From Saccostrea cucullata (taxonomy: Eukaryota): a DNA stretch of 64,000 bases. Below are positions 12,201-24,800 of this stretch, in pieces (within the stretch, counting starts at the first letter, position 1; each line of letters opens with the position of its first letter). The DNA is taken from NCBI RefSeq assembly GCF_032062105.1, contig NW_026934971.1, positions 434,001 through 498,000 of the forward strand. Direction: 5' to 3'. Below the pieces are notes generated by a model. That model did not search any database, was not told the origin of the DNA, and saw only the letters and a program-made list of their open reading frames with translations. The position numbers were made by a program, and so were the translations under genes.

Positions 12201-15200
12201 AAGACTAATCTAGACATACATAGTAAATGTTCTTTAAATAGTTTGTATCATTACAACTGTTCCTCAAATACCTTAGTCTTTCTGATGAATATAATGACAC
12301 CTGTAGCAAGTTAGAGGAAATTGTCACTATATTCCAAATTGTCAGTGCTGTACCTTAACAGGTTATATGGGGGTTTTACTCTGGATGCTATAGCAGCGAC
12401 AGCCTTTGGATTGGATGTAGACAGTATTAACAATCCAGACAGTTCTTTTATCAAGAACATCAAAGAAATATTCCAAAGAGGGATGAAGCCATGGAGAAGA
12501 ATTTGCATCACACTTGCAAGTAGGTATAAGTTATGTACCTTTTTGCTGCACTGATGATTTTTTTGCTGACTTTATACATGCATATATATATCAAACATTG
12601 TAGCTCATCTAAGCAAATTAAAGACTATTGACCTTTTCTGATCAACATTTGTCTCATGTTCTTTCATCTGTATTCTGTAAACTTTAATTCAAGGCCACAT
12701 CTCTTTTTTGAGAAAACTATTAAGAAATGGTATATTGTATCCCATGAATTAAATATGTTGTTTAAAATGAGAAGGAAAGGATGATGATTACATTGTAAAT
12801 TGATCGAAAGTCATTTATTTCAAACAAGTTTTATTGATTTTCGTTTTGCAAAAACTCTTAAATTAATCAATCAAAGTGTTGAATTAAGGAAAATTTTCAA
12901 AATTTACACAAAATTGTTAGTTAGCTGCATTTGGAGAAAAAGTGTTTAGTGTATTGGCCTTAAACATAGACAAGTATTCATGCCTTAATCTTAATTTTTA
13001 TAGGTGTATTTCCTAGCCTTTATCCTGTTCTTCGTATCTTCAACCTGACTTTCTTCAACAAGGAGAATGTAGGGTTTTTTGTCAGACAATGTCAAGCTAT
13101 GATAGAAGACAGGAAAACCGAGTCATCTGAGGTATGTGTGTCAATGAAATCAGAAGGACTCAAAAGGAATATTGGGATTGGGATTACATAACATCAAAGA
13201 AATCAGAACATGTATTGGGTTGTTTTAGGTATTACCATATTGAGTGCATTTATATTGAAAGTGGGCATTTATTATAAACATAATGAAATCTTAGTGATTT
13301 TAAGGACGTTCGATCCTGATATTTTGAGCGTGATTCGCGCAGGTCCTTTATTCATAAAATTAAGCATCATTTTTAGGTTCTAACAATAAAACTGAATTCT
13401 ACAATGCAAATTAAACTATATTCAATGAAAAAACTGCGATTAAATTCCATTCAAGTAGAATTAAGCTTGGGACTATATTTCGTGGCGGAAGGTTTTTCAG
13501 ACGAAAATGATCAGTTTTTTCCATTTGAACTAGAACAGTACTGTTAATTTGGGATGCCTATTTTTCCATGCTGGTTGCACACAAAGCTGTTTTTTGCAGT
13601 GAAATATGCTATGCTGGTTCTGAAATATCTGTTAAATTATTTCTTATGAATTCTATCAACAAAGTGTGACAAATATAGTAAATATATTCTGAAAATCCAG
13701 GAAAAAATTGAGCCAACTTTAATGTAAAATTCACACTTTTTTAGTAATATCTGAAAATGTACATCATATACCCCCACTTTTGATGTTCTTTTCTAAATAT
13801 TCAAGATAACTTTGACCTATTTGCTTAAAATCAGAAAAAGTTTAAGACTTTAAAATAATTTTCTTGCTTATTATATTTTCAATGCCGGAAAAGTAACATT
13901 TTATTAGTGCAGAAAGGTCAAATAATTGATTATGCGAAGCAATTTGAAACTTTTTCTTAGTCACAATTTTTAAGTGTCTTTTTTTAAACAGACTTAGAGT
14001 TCATTTTGTTTCATGCTTTAATTGGATAAAAATATTGAAGGGAAAACGTCGAAGATGTAATTCTTAATTAAGACACAAATTTCAGTGCAGAAAGGTCATA
14101 TTAAATGTACTGTAGCGCTAAAAGAAGCATATTGACCCCCATTTTTAGATTTGAATTTCAATTAAGCTATGTATGTAGAAACTAAAAATATACTTGGCAA
14201 AAAAAGTTTAAGACTTTAAATATCAGGATCGAACGTCGTTAAGGATCTTTCTTCTTATTTTCAAAGACAATAGAGACTTTTATTTTTAGCATGAGAGCAT
14301 TGCAAAAAATGCCAAAATTAGATTTTGATAAAATATCCATGTTATGCTATTGCAGGGCTTAAATTTAAAAAAAATTGGATAATTGTAAACTGACAATAAA
14401 ATTGAAAGGAATATTGGTCTCAAATTGCCTAAAATGTATTATTACTTTTGCATGGTTAAATTTTTGTTTTATAATTATAGAGACATGTTGATTTTCTTCA
14501 ACTTATGGTGAATGCTGAGTTAGATGATCAGTCATTACAAGATCAACATATCAACAGTGGACAGAAAAGTAATTATTATCTTAACACCATGCAGGAAAAT
14601 GATGAAAAATTATATCAAAATGCTTTTACATTTCCCATCTTTCCTGAATTGACCAATGATGAAATTACATAATTTCCATCTTTTTAGAATTGACCAATGA
14701 TGAGATAATAGGTCAGGCTTTCCTGTTTTTTGTTGCGGGGTATGAAACCACTGCCAACACAATGAACTTTGTTTCCTATGAACTAGCCGTAAATCAGGAA
14801 GTTCAAGACAGAGTGGTTCAGGAGATTAAGGATCAAATTGGGAAGGTGATGAATAAAATGATGTTTTTTTGTAAAGTAAACTTTCAAAGATGTAGTGCCA
14901 CTTCAAATATTTAGATCCCATTTCCTAATTACTTGTAGGATGAACCTAATTATGAAAATGTGAACAAACTACAGTACATGGAACAAGTGATTTTAGAGAC
15001 GCTCAGAATGTACCCTCCTCTACCTAGGTAAAAAAAAATATGTTGAGGTCGAATTGTTATTACCGTATAGCGGGTTATTCCGCTAAATGGTAGTCTGCTA
15101 AAATTTTAATCGTTAAAATATTCACTACTATTTTTAGTGTTTATGTGCAAAAAGCTAAAACCCTGTGTCTTCTAAAATAAATTACGCTTAATTTATTGGC

Positions 15201-16136
15201 ATACCTTTGAGCAGGCAAAACGCCAAATTTTACACCTGCCAAGAAAACCTGCTATACAGTAAATAAAAGCATATACAGTGGACCTTCAGATATCCGGACG
15301 CCAGATATCCGGATGCTTCAGTATCCGGACGACTTTTCATGGGAACAGAATTTTTTAATCTTATTTTGTCTTGTTTAACTGGTAATTCAGATATCCGGAT
15401 GCTTCACATATCCGGACATATTGCCTAGGAACCAAAGTGTCCGGATAAATGAGGGCCCACTGTATATGTATTCAGGCCTGGGGGACATAAAACTTAGACA
15501 TACTGATTTTGAACTCAGTCTCACTTTTACCAAAGGAATATATAGTTGAAAAGAATGATTGAGATTAAAAGTGAGCTTGTCCAAGTTTTATGGCCCCCAT
15601 TCAAGCATTTTAGAATAAAAAATTATGGTGTCATTTTCTCATCTTATAATTACTGATTATTGAAAGAGTGTAGATAATCTGGTACTTTTTGAGGTGTGAA
15701 AAGGGGATAAAATTGTGTTTAAAAAATTACAAATGACATAATAAGATAAGATAAGATAAGCTTTATTTAAAGTCAGTATGGTAGTTAAAAATTAACACAA
15801 GCTCTTATGAGCTTTTGACTGACATTGTTAATATATATATAACAGTAAAACAATGGAAACATGCAGCACTAAACATAGTATTACTTGTAACAGTACAGCA
15901 CACAGTCTCATTTAGAGGACATATCAGTGAAGATGCATATAAAAGACACACATGTACAGACACACAAACAATACAGCACAGATGCATAGGGAATGCAACA
16001 GATAGAGATACATATATAAGTCACACCTTTACAAACACGCAAGCAGTTCATCGACAGAGACATAAAAAGAACATAACAGAAAAAAAGACACACATATTAA
16101 TCATTTATCATTTAGTTTGCAGTTTTATTTTAATGG

Positions 16137-16184
<48 letters not shown>

Positions 16185-16245
16185 ATTTTGTCTGGAGTCC
16201 ATGTGTCTGTCTTGCTGTCTGTCTGTAAACTTTTAACATTTTTGA

Positions 16246-16286
<41 letters not shown>

Positions 16287-16308
16287 CCACAAAGCATCCT
16301 TGGGTGAA

Positions 16309-16345
<37 letters not shown>

Positions 16346-18744
16346 ATTCAAGGGGAGATAATTCAGAAATAGAGAAAATTTGGTGGCATGTTTTAAAAAT
16401 CTTCTTCTTAAGAACCACTGTGCCAGGAAAGATGAAACTTATGGGGAAACATTCTCAGATAGTGTAGATTTAAGTTTGTTTAAATCATGATCCCCGGGGG
16501 TAGGGCGAGGCCACAATGGCTGATCAAAGTTTTGCATAGAAATATATAGGAAAAAATCTTTAAAAATCTTCTCCAGAACCATTTGATCAGGAAAGATGAA
16601 ACTCATGGAAAGCATCCTCAAGTGTAGGGCAGGGCCAAAATAGCTGATCAAAGCTTTACATAGGAATATATAGGAAATTTGAAAAAAAAAACTTCTTCTC
16701 CAGAACCATTGGACCAGGAAAGATGAAACTCATGTGGAAGCATACTCAGGTAGTGTAGATTCAAGTTTGTTCAAGTCATGACCCCTGGGGGTAGGGCAAG
16801 GCCACAATGGCTGATCAAAGGTTTATATATTAGAAATATATAGGAAAATTTTTTAAAATCTTCTTCTCCAGAACCACTTTTCCAGGAAAGATGAAACTAA
16901 TGTGGAAGCATCCTCAGGTAGTGTAGATTCAAATTTGTTCAAATCATGACCCCCTGGGGTATGGTGGGGCCACAATGGCTGATCAATGTTTTACATAGGA
17001 ATACATAGGAAAAATCTGTTAAAAATCTTCTTATCAAGATCAACAAGGCTATGATTAGTGATATTAATATGGAAGCATCCTCTGTTAGAGTTAATTCAAG
17101 TTTGTTGATGACCCTTGGTAGTAAGGTGGGGCCATAATGGGCAGTGAAATCTTTACATAGAAATATATAGGAAAAATCTTTAAATCTCTTCTTCTCAAGT
17201 ATGGCAAATTATGCATGTATACTTTATTGATAAAGTGACATTCTCAAGTGAAAAAAATTCACCCCCTCCCCAACAAGTAAACTTTTCAATACTGAGCTGA
17301 TTTGTGTTTTTTAAACTAGCCCATGTGCTCAGGTGAGTGATGTGGCCCATGGGCCTCTTGTTTCTTTTTTCATTTGACAGACTAACTCGTGAGATAGGGG
17401 AGACAGTTGTGATAAAAGATTACACATTTCTAAAAGGAGGCACCGTGGTGATTCCAGTGTATGGACTTCATCATAATCCAGATTACTGGCCGGATCCAGA
17501 GAAGTTTGATCCAGACAGGTAATGCTTTTGGTGCCTGTGGGTTCCCAGTGTGATAAATATAAATCATAAAATATTATGATATTACATGAAAAGTTGAGAC
17601 AAACGTGTGTTATTAGCAACATTCAATTAGAGTCAGAAAATATGTGCATTTACCACATTTGACTATAATTAGTCATGAAATTCAAGTAAAAGTATTACAA
17701 TTCTCAGGTAAGCTTGGACTTTCATGATTAGTGTCTGAAATTTACACAGCTTTTACTCACTGTTGAAATATACATGGGATAGAAATTCAGTCAAATGTCA
17801 ACGAGTGTACCAAATAACAAATAACACTGTCTCGCCCGGCAAAGAGGTGGAGCTTAAATTGTCTCATCGTTGTCAACAACAATTTAAAGTTCAAGTTTTT
17901 ATTAATTTCTTAACGAATGAGAATCTATTTGCCATTTGACAGATGCTAATTACATAGCACCGAGAATGCCAAACCTTACTGAAAGTCCAAGCTTACCTGA
18001 GAATTGTCCTAACAAATTTGGGGAATATCATATTTTGAATTATGTACACAGGTGTATTGCTAAATGACCTTGGTATATATAAAGCTGTGACTATGAGTGC
18101 CATTTTCTAAGGTCAGAGACAGGTTGGGTAGGGATGGGGACAACAGATGCTTGAGCTTCAATTTAACTGTCTATAATATGACCACAAATTTAAGAGTATA
18201 ATAGACAGCTGTGCAGAATAATTATTTCCATGATGTTTTCAGATTTGAAAATTCCAAGAATGTCCAGAACAAGTTTTACTACATGCCATTTGGACTTGGT
18301 CCAAGAATGTGTTTAGGAATGAGGCTTGCCATGTTAGAACTAAAAATAGCCCTGGTTCATGTTCTCAGGAGGGTTCGATTTGTTCCCTGTCAGGAAACTC
18401 AGGTACAAAACACTAGATTTCTCAATTTACCTGAGGGAATCAAGATTTATTATAAAGAATGATGATAGCGATGCTTCTTATTTCCCCTAATATTTTATAA
18501 CTTACATTATAAGAAAGTATTTTTATATTATATTTCAAAATATTGTGTATCATGATTGAAATTAATTTAATTAAGTTACAAGTACTAAATAAAATTTCAA
18601 AGCATAGAAAACAGAGACAACATATTTAATCATTAATAACTTTATTAAATATCTCCTTTTCAGATTCCCTTGAAAGTTATTACCAACAAGGGTCTTATAA
18701 CTGTGGAAAAACCAATCAAGTTAGCATTTGAGTTACGACATTGA
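6271..18744 (+). CDS. Cytochrome P450, clan 3 (CYP3A-like), 14 exons
   Basis: Exons 6271-6353, 8398-8500, 9318-9373, 10161-10263, 11129-11245, 11904-11992, 12362-12519, 13004-13131, 14481-14568, 14688-14845, 14939-15027, 17381-17518, 18243-18402 and 18664-18744, all GT-AG and phase-compatible. Motifs: N-terminal membrane anchor, [18 protein letters not shown] (C-helix), AGYETT (I-helix), ETLR (ExxR), PEKFDPDRF (PERF) and [10 protein letters not shown] (heme cysteine). Confidence 0.95.
6958..7668. mobile_element. Hairpin-ended non-autonomous element in CYP intron 1 (Crypton-like)
   Basis: Hairpin GTATTGACCTG..CAGGTCAATAC at 7031-7064 and a ~95-bp hairpin at 7543-7639 (CAATACAATGATTTAGCCATC...GATGGCTAAATCATTGTATTG). 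Boundaries are approximate. Confidence 0.45.
8547..9140 (+). repeat. 34-bp minisatellite, ~17 copies, CYP intron 2
   Basis: Unit ACARCTGACCTTGAGTACTGTATACCAGACATCT repeated head to tail and degenerating at the 3' end. Confidence 0.95.
9480..10120. mobile_element. Degenerate interspersed repeat with TTGACCTT subrepeats (Helitron-N-like)
   Basis: Recurrent TTGACCTTG/GACCTT motifs after a GTCTGTTTGT microsatellite-like start. Similar sequence lies in reverse orientation at ~23430-23930. Confidence 0.4.
12156..12183 (+). repeat. Poly-G tract (~28 nt), G-quadruplex-capable, CYP intron 6
   Basis: Uninterrupted G run, preceded by GGTGGTGATGGTAGG. Confidence 0.9.
13304..14238. mobile_element. TTAA-flanked non-autonomous DNA transposon (Kolobok-like)
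   Basis: TTAA|GGACGTTCGATCCTGATATTT ... AAATATCAGGATCGAACGTCG|TTAA. The TIR is ~21 bp with one terminal mismatch. GG ends with a TTAA TSD fit Kolobok. Confidence 0.8.
15063..15259. mobile_element. TA-flanked MITE (Tc1/mariner superfamily-like)
   Basis: TA|CCGTATAGCGGGTT ... AACCTGCTATACAG|TA imperfect TIRs. Confidence 0.65.
15276..15462. mobile_element. pogo/Tigger-like MITE
   Basis: TA|CAGTGGACC ... GGCCCACTG|TA with multiple internal TATCCGGA subterminal repeats. Confidence 0.75.
15741..15810 (-). mobile_element. 3' tail of a non-LTR retroelement (AATAAA followed by (CTTAT)n)
   Basis: The minus strand reads ...AAATAAAGCTTATCTTATCTTATCTTAT, a poly(A) signal followed by a microsatellite tail. 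The 5' extent is uncertain. Confidence 0.4.
16140..17362 (+). mobile_element. Helentron-associated non-autonomous element (HINE) with ~166-bp satellite-like internal array
   Basis: 5' subTIR GCTCACCTGAGC plus inverted repeat (16144), (GTCT)n microsatellite near 16205, tandem units containing AAAATCTTCTTCTCCAGAACC..GGAAAGATGAAACT..GTAGTGTAGATT, 3' subTIR GCTCAGGTGAG (17327), terminal hairpin GGCCCATGGGCC and T-rich flanks. Confidence 0.85.
17697..18007. mobile_element. MITE with perfect 28-bp TIR, CYP intron 12
   Basis: ACAATTCTCAGGTAAGCTTGGACTTTCA ... TGAAAGTCCAAGCTTACCTGAGAATTGT; no clear TSD. Confidence 0.8.
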
Positions 18745-18991
18745 GAAATTTTACCAAGTTTGAAAAAAATTATGATATCCTAGAATGTGGAGAAACAATC
18801 CTTGTAATTGACCATAAAAGAGGTATTAGACAGAAACCCCATCCTTATAGGCTTCATTGAATAGTACGGCAAAGAAAATTTGAAGCCGATGGACTAAGAA
18901 CACATGAAGGAATTTAAAAAGACAAATTAAGGAAAATTGTAATGAATATATTTGTGATATTAATGATATTAATCAGAAGTCTTTGAAATTG

Positions 18992-19680
18992 TTATAGTTC
19001 ACCTGAGCCAAAGGCTTAAGTAAGCTTTAATTTTCTGATTGCAATTTCTTCATTGTTGTCAATGTCTTAAACTTTCACGAAAACAACTGGGCTAATTTCA
19101 GTCAAACTTGCCACAAAGCATCCTTAGGTGGATTGTGCAAATTAATTAAGGGCAACATAGCCTCTTTTAAGGGGAGATAATTCAGAAATAGTGAAAATTT
19201 GGTTGCATCTTTAAATATCTTCTTATCAAGAACAATGGTTAATGGGTAAAAAAAATTTCCAAACCTTTAGAAATTTTTTTTTTACAAAGTGTAGATTAAA
19301 GTTTGTTCAGATGATGACCTCCAGGGGTAGGGCATTGCCACAATGTCAGATCAAAGTTTTAAATTGAATATATATATGTACAAATCTTTAAAAAATCTTC
19401 TTTAGAACAGAAAAGCCACAATTAGTCATATTGATAATAATCATTGAAAAATCTTCTGTTCAAAAAAAAAAACAACAAAGCCATTAATTTTGAAAACTAT
19501 TCTGTTGAAAAAAAACAAAGCCATTAGATGTATTGAAATGGAAGCATCCTTAAGTAGTTTAAAATACTTAAGATGCCCCCCCCCCCCTCCATAAACTTTT
19601 CAATTCTGAACTGATTTATTCATTTTCATAGTACATGTAAATATACTCCGATGAGTATTGTAGCCCATGGACCTCCTTTT
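18992..19680 (+). mobile_element. Degenerate HINE copy downstream of the CYP stop (probable 3' UTR)
   Basis: Colinear with 16140-17362: TTCACCTGAGC start, AAACTTGCCACAAAGCATCCTT, GGGGAGATAATTCAGAAATAG, and a GCCCATGGACC end. Confidence 0.75.
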
Positions 19681-19748
19681 ATCTTTTTTATGTCAGTCTC
19701 TGAATTATCATAGCAGTTTTGTGTGCCAAAATTCAAGGACAATACTTC

Positions 19749-19832
19749 GCTGCAGAACTGTAGTGTTATTGTTTTATATATTAGTATGGCCAAGGACTAA
19801 TGTATAAAACCATAACGCTACAGTTCTGCAGC
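19749..19832. mobile_element. 84-bp hairpin mini-MITE sharing termini with 4900-5456
   Basis: GCTGCAGAACTGTAG...CTACAGTTCTGCAGC; almost the whole element is an imperfect palindrome. Confidence 0.7.
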
Positions 19833-21896
19833 TAGGACAATATTATGTTCCACATTAAAGATTGAATTTGCATTTAGGTCCTTGAAGTGATAACATACAT
19901 GTACATATGCATTTTTATAGTTTAATATTATCTTATATCATAAATATGCACATACTTACATGTATTTTTAAAAGAATTATATAAATGATGGTGATAGTGG
20001 AAGTTGGGCAGTCATGTATTACCGCGTAGCCCTACCGGTATTTCTACGCATATCAATGCCAAAATAAGGTGTTTTATTGCATACATTTGTTACATTGTTT
20101 ATTAGGTCATGAGGTTTTTATCTTTCATTGTACTTGTACAGGTATTTCATTGAACAAAATATTTTAAATTTGTTAGCATAATACCAGAAACATACATCTT
20201 TTAAAATGTTTATATTTACAATACGTAACCAATATGAGCTGTCAGTCTCAATCCTGAACAAAAATAAATGTATGTATTTATTTGTCAAAGTGTATTTGTT
20301 TGTGAAAACTCAAAAAGGATTCTTTTTTTTTTTGGTCTACTTTGTTATTCTGAAGTTGTCAGTAAAACAGCAATGAGAAGTGTATATAATATATGTGCTG
20401 AATACAAAATAATAAAAATACATGTAGCATGTACATTTTAATAAAACTTTAAATTAAGCCTCTTGTTAATTATTTTACCCTTTAATTCATTTGTTGATAC
20501 AGGGACATAGCATCGTTTTTGAAAGTGGGCAGGGTGCAGCCAGAGTAAAAAAAATTAACTTATCTGAAAAATTTGACAAGCAAAAAATAAATAAATAAAT
20601 AAATAAGAAAAAAAAAATTCTCCAAACTCTAAAGTCTTATTTCCAGGGTCTGGGGGTGGGGTGGGGTTGTTGAGTGTTTAGGGTTGGTTAGTAGGATATA
20701 ACTCTTTTTCAGTAACACATTTTACTCATGCACAACTACATGTACATTATCCTTATTCAACTACACTGCGACAAAAAGAACAACTGAGGGCAACCAGAAT
20801 TTCGTCTATTTCGATGAACATTTTCAATAGTAAAAAATTTGTGTCGGCAAAAATATTGTCCCCCCCTTCTGATGCTACATGCCTGTGATATCATAATTGA
20901 TGCAATAATTGAATTGTTCTCTAATGTTCAATTAGTTATTGCTCTTTTCAATTAATTCACTTCATGTGCGCAAAAATTATTTTAAAAGAGAATTGAAGCA
21001 GCTACTTATTTATTTAATTACTATTATTTCAAGTTATCATATCCATATTTTATATATAAGTGATCTCATTAATAGAATTGTCCCGTTTAAAAGAATTGAT
21101 GTGCAAATGAATTCCTCGAACAAAATTGTAAAATATCTCAGAAATAAAGAGATAACAATCATTTATACTGCAGTGTAAATAACTTTTTTTCATCAATTAT
21201 AAATGAATTTATTATTGCTCTCGTCAATTAATGCACGCATCAATTTATGCGATGATAGCAGTAATGGAAATTTACAGTATATTTAATGAATTATAGATAT
21301 CTTCAATTATCTGAGTAAATCTTAATTTGAAGATCCAGTTTAAAGGTAGTAAAACAGGAAAGAGACGACGGACCACAGGCGCTTCTAAGAGTGCTACCCA
21401 GACTCTTTTCTCGTCGTTTTGAATAGAGTTGTTCCTCTTGATTTTTTTAAATTTTTGAAGCCCTTTATCGACAGGTTCGGTCTAACACATGATACTTGGC
21501 TTTAATAACAGATATACAAGGTCCATTGTTTTAATATATTCTTCATTATACAATGGAGATTACTTGAGCGGAGTGGACTGTTACAATCTTATCTGTTTGG
21601 CGCGGTATCGATGTTGCACGGCATAGAGGGGAACCATAGCGTGAACTGAAGAAAAACAAACGACCCCCGCCTCAAAGAAAAAAGTGTATTGACAAGCCTG
21701 ACATGGATACTGCATTTAAATGATTTATTTTTGTCTTATAGCAGGTCGCTCTGACTTGCAACTTCGAGTTTGAAAAGGAAATATTAGATTTAGATTAATA
21801 TATGGGAGTTTTTGAAGATCGAGTTGAGAAACGATGGAACTATTAAAAATTTGGATTTAATTTCATTTATGTGACTAAAATGAACAAAATATAGAA

Positions 21897-24800
21897 ATGT
21901 TATCAAGGATTTTGTTATTATTAGTATTTCATTATGTGACAGGTTTGTATTTTGTTAATACTAAATGTTGGTTTCACGGTTAAAGTGAGAAATAAATATT
22001 TAACATGCATAGCAGCATATGTTCTGTACATATAACAAGTTAACAATTTTCACTTGTCAACGAGTACAAATTGTTATTTACAAATTTAAAATTTTCAATT
22101 TAACAGATGTTAGAATTAATTGGCCGTTAGTTTTGCCTAAAAGTGTGTTTGTCTTTATAAACTTTAAAACATTTTTTTTTTATTTTTAAAATCCAGAAAA
22201 ACTTGAGAATGTTATATTAATTATGAAGAAAAAAAAACTGTGGGAAAAAACTCGCTCGACTTGATTCTTGTCCCATAAGATCTGCGTTAAACATCTGTAA
22301 CCAATTCGGTTGAAGTATTCTGCACTTCTGTTGGGCAATGGAGTTTCTTTTTGTGATATAAATATTTTAGGTGTTTGTATTTATATATAGGCCAAAAAAA
22401 AATGTTTTTATTTATTCTAAATTCACTTTTCCTTTTCATTATGATTGAGACAAGGTAGAATAATTTTCTACCAATTTTCCTCTTAACTTTTGAGAAATTC
22501 AAAATATTTCTTTCATTTGATGTATACGTTTCGAATTTTAAGATGGTAAAACATTAGAACCTTAAATCTTTCACATATTACTAGTAAAGCCGACACAAAC
22601 ATACGGGTAGTTCAGATGTATAATTATTGTTTACCGACAAATATTTCCCTTTCTAATTTTTTTCTCTGCGATAACTCTTTGAAAGTTGTCGGAATGATAA
22701 TTCTGAATTTAAATTAGGCAGGTCGATAAGGAGCTAAGGAGGCCTAAAATGCATGCAAATGCGCATGTGTCTCTGTGTCTGACGCTAAGGAGGCAAAATG
22801 TGCATGTAAATCTCGTGCGGCTGCCTAGGTGTTTGACGTCATTGGGCGAGGACTACTGAGATTGGCATGGAAGTCCTCGTATAATTTAAGTCTATGTCTA
22901 CATTTTTAAAGTCTAAATCTACCATTTTATTTCACAATGTATTTGAAGGGACATCAACATAGCATAACGGGCTTCGCCCGTCATGCAAATTATCCCATGT
23001 TTCCCACTATTGTTGATGGCCTGGCATACTCTCCTAGCTAGACAATGATTCCTTAATAATGTTGAAATTCATATGGCGACTATATAGTTATACTGTATAT
23101 GGCCTCCCTCAATAGAACCGAGAAGAAACGTTTACCAAACTACAAATCTTATTTTCAACTCGGAATCAAAGGTTATTTTCAACTCGGAATCAAAGGTATT
23201 TGAATCATATGCTCCCATGTGATAAAAACAAGATTACCAAATTCTCTTTTGAAATATTAAATCGTTATTATATGAAGATCTGCTATACGAGTACATATAA
23301 TTTGTACTTGGTTTGAATTAAGTTTTTGAGTTCTGTGTTTTCTATTCCCGAGGCTTTTATATCTGAAAATTTTCACTATAGTTAAAAAAGTCTTTAGCTC
23401 ACCTTAGCTGAAATTTTTCCAAAAAAAAAAGTCAAACTCCAACTCATGGTCAACATTTTTTGTTAATAAAATGAATACACATACAAAATACATAATATTA
23501 AAGCTCTTGCATTAACCCTTCAAAACGTGTGATCAAGGATACATTTTTTTTAAAGTGGGTTAAACTCCAAGGTTAGATTTAAAAAATATTGGTTTCTAAG
23601 GAAATTGCATTTACACAAGGAATACATTTCTGAAATATAAAAGCCCTAACACTTACAAAAGTTATTATCAAGGTTAAAGTTTAATAAGTTCTTGTGTAAA
23701 AGTGGACCAAACTCAAAGATCAAGGTCATGAAGTCAAACATGTTGGTACCCAAAAAAAAGTCTTGTCACAAGGAATGCACATTTGAAATATGAAATCATA
23801 GCTTGAATCAGTAAAAAGATATGTGCAACGTAAAAAAAATGTTGGACAAACATATACATGTACAGACAGATTGACGAACGGACAGAGCAAAAGTATACCC
23901 CGAATCCTCTATTACTGGAACATAAAAAAGGTAATTTTTATACATTAAAGTTTTCTCTTTTCAGCATCTTTACTGAAAGTAAATCCAGATTCTGATGAAT
24001 GGATTCGTTATGGAAGAGATTTAAGTGTCACTTGTACCTACTCATCAAAGCACCAGGAAATTATTCAACTGTTTCACGATAACAGTGTGGTAAAAGTCAG
24101 CGATCAGGTGACCATTACGTCAGAGACGTTCACGGAAGATGACGGAAAGCAGACGACAGTCTTCAAATACGTCAAGACTGACGTCAATTTCGGCGACTCG
24201 GGAACCTACGAATGTAGGGCAGACAATATGAAAAAGAGCGTCAAAATTCAAGTTGTCCAAGGTATTTATATTTATTAGATCTATGTACATTTACAACAGA
24301 GCATAAAATATGCAATGAATTTCGTTTTTTACAATCCTCCCATTTCATAGAATCATGTGTTATTGTCAGAAAAAAACATGGTTGAAAGTTTAGCTTGATT
24401 TGCTCAAAGCAATTTATGCAATTGATTTAAAATTTGAATAATGCATTAAAATTTCCATAAAATTAAGCTAAATGTTCACCTTGTTATAAAATATTGGGTT
24501 ATAAATGTTTTTAATACAGAATTTGAAAATACTTTTTTAGGTCGATTAAAGATATTTCCTAAAACCGAGCGAGTGATCGCATTTCAGGGAGAACGTGTGA
24601 CATTAACTTGTGAATATCAGGGTAGTCATCGACTTCATGTCATGTGGTCTTCAAATTCTGGAAGAGACCTAAAGAAAAGTGGATTTGTCATTGGCAGTAT
24701 TGTTAGAAGTGGCGAGAACATCCTAACCAAAGTAGACATTTCTAAGTCTTCAGCCAGTTTTTCTGATTCTGGCGAGTACTCTTGTAATGCTGGACCATTT

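Noticed and set aside
16264-16651. ORFs inside the HINE
   Set aside because: Chance frames in satellite-like units, with no Rep/helicase motifs.
20500-20885. hAT-like MITE (CAGG...CCTG)
   Set aside because: The TIR is short and imperfect and there is no matching 8-bp TSD, so support is insufficient.
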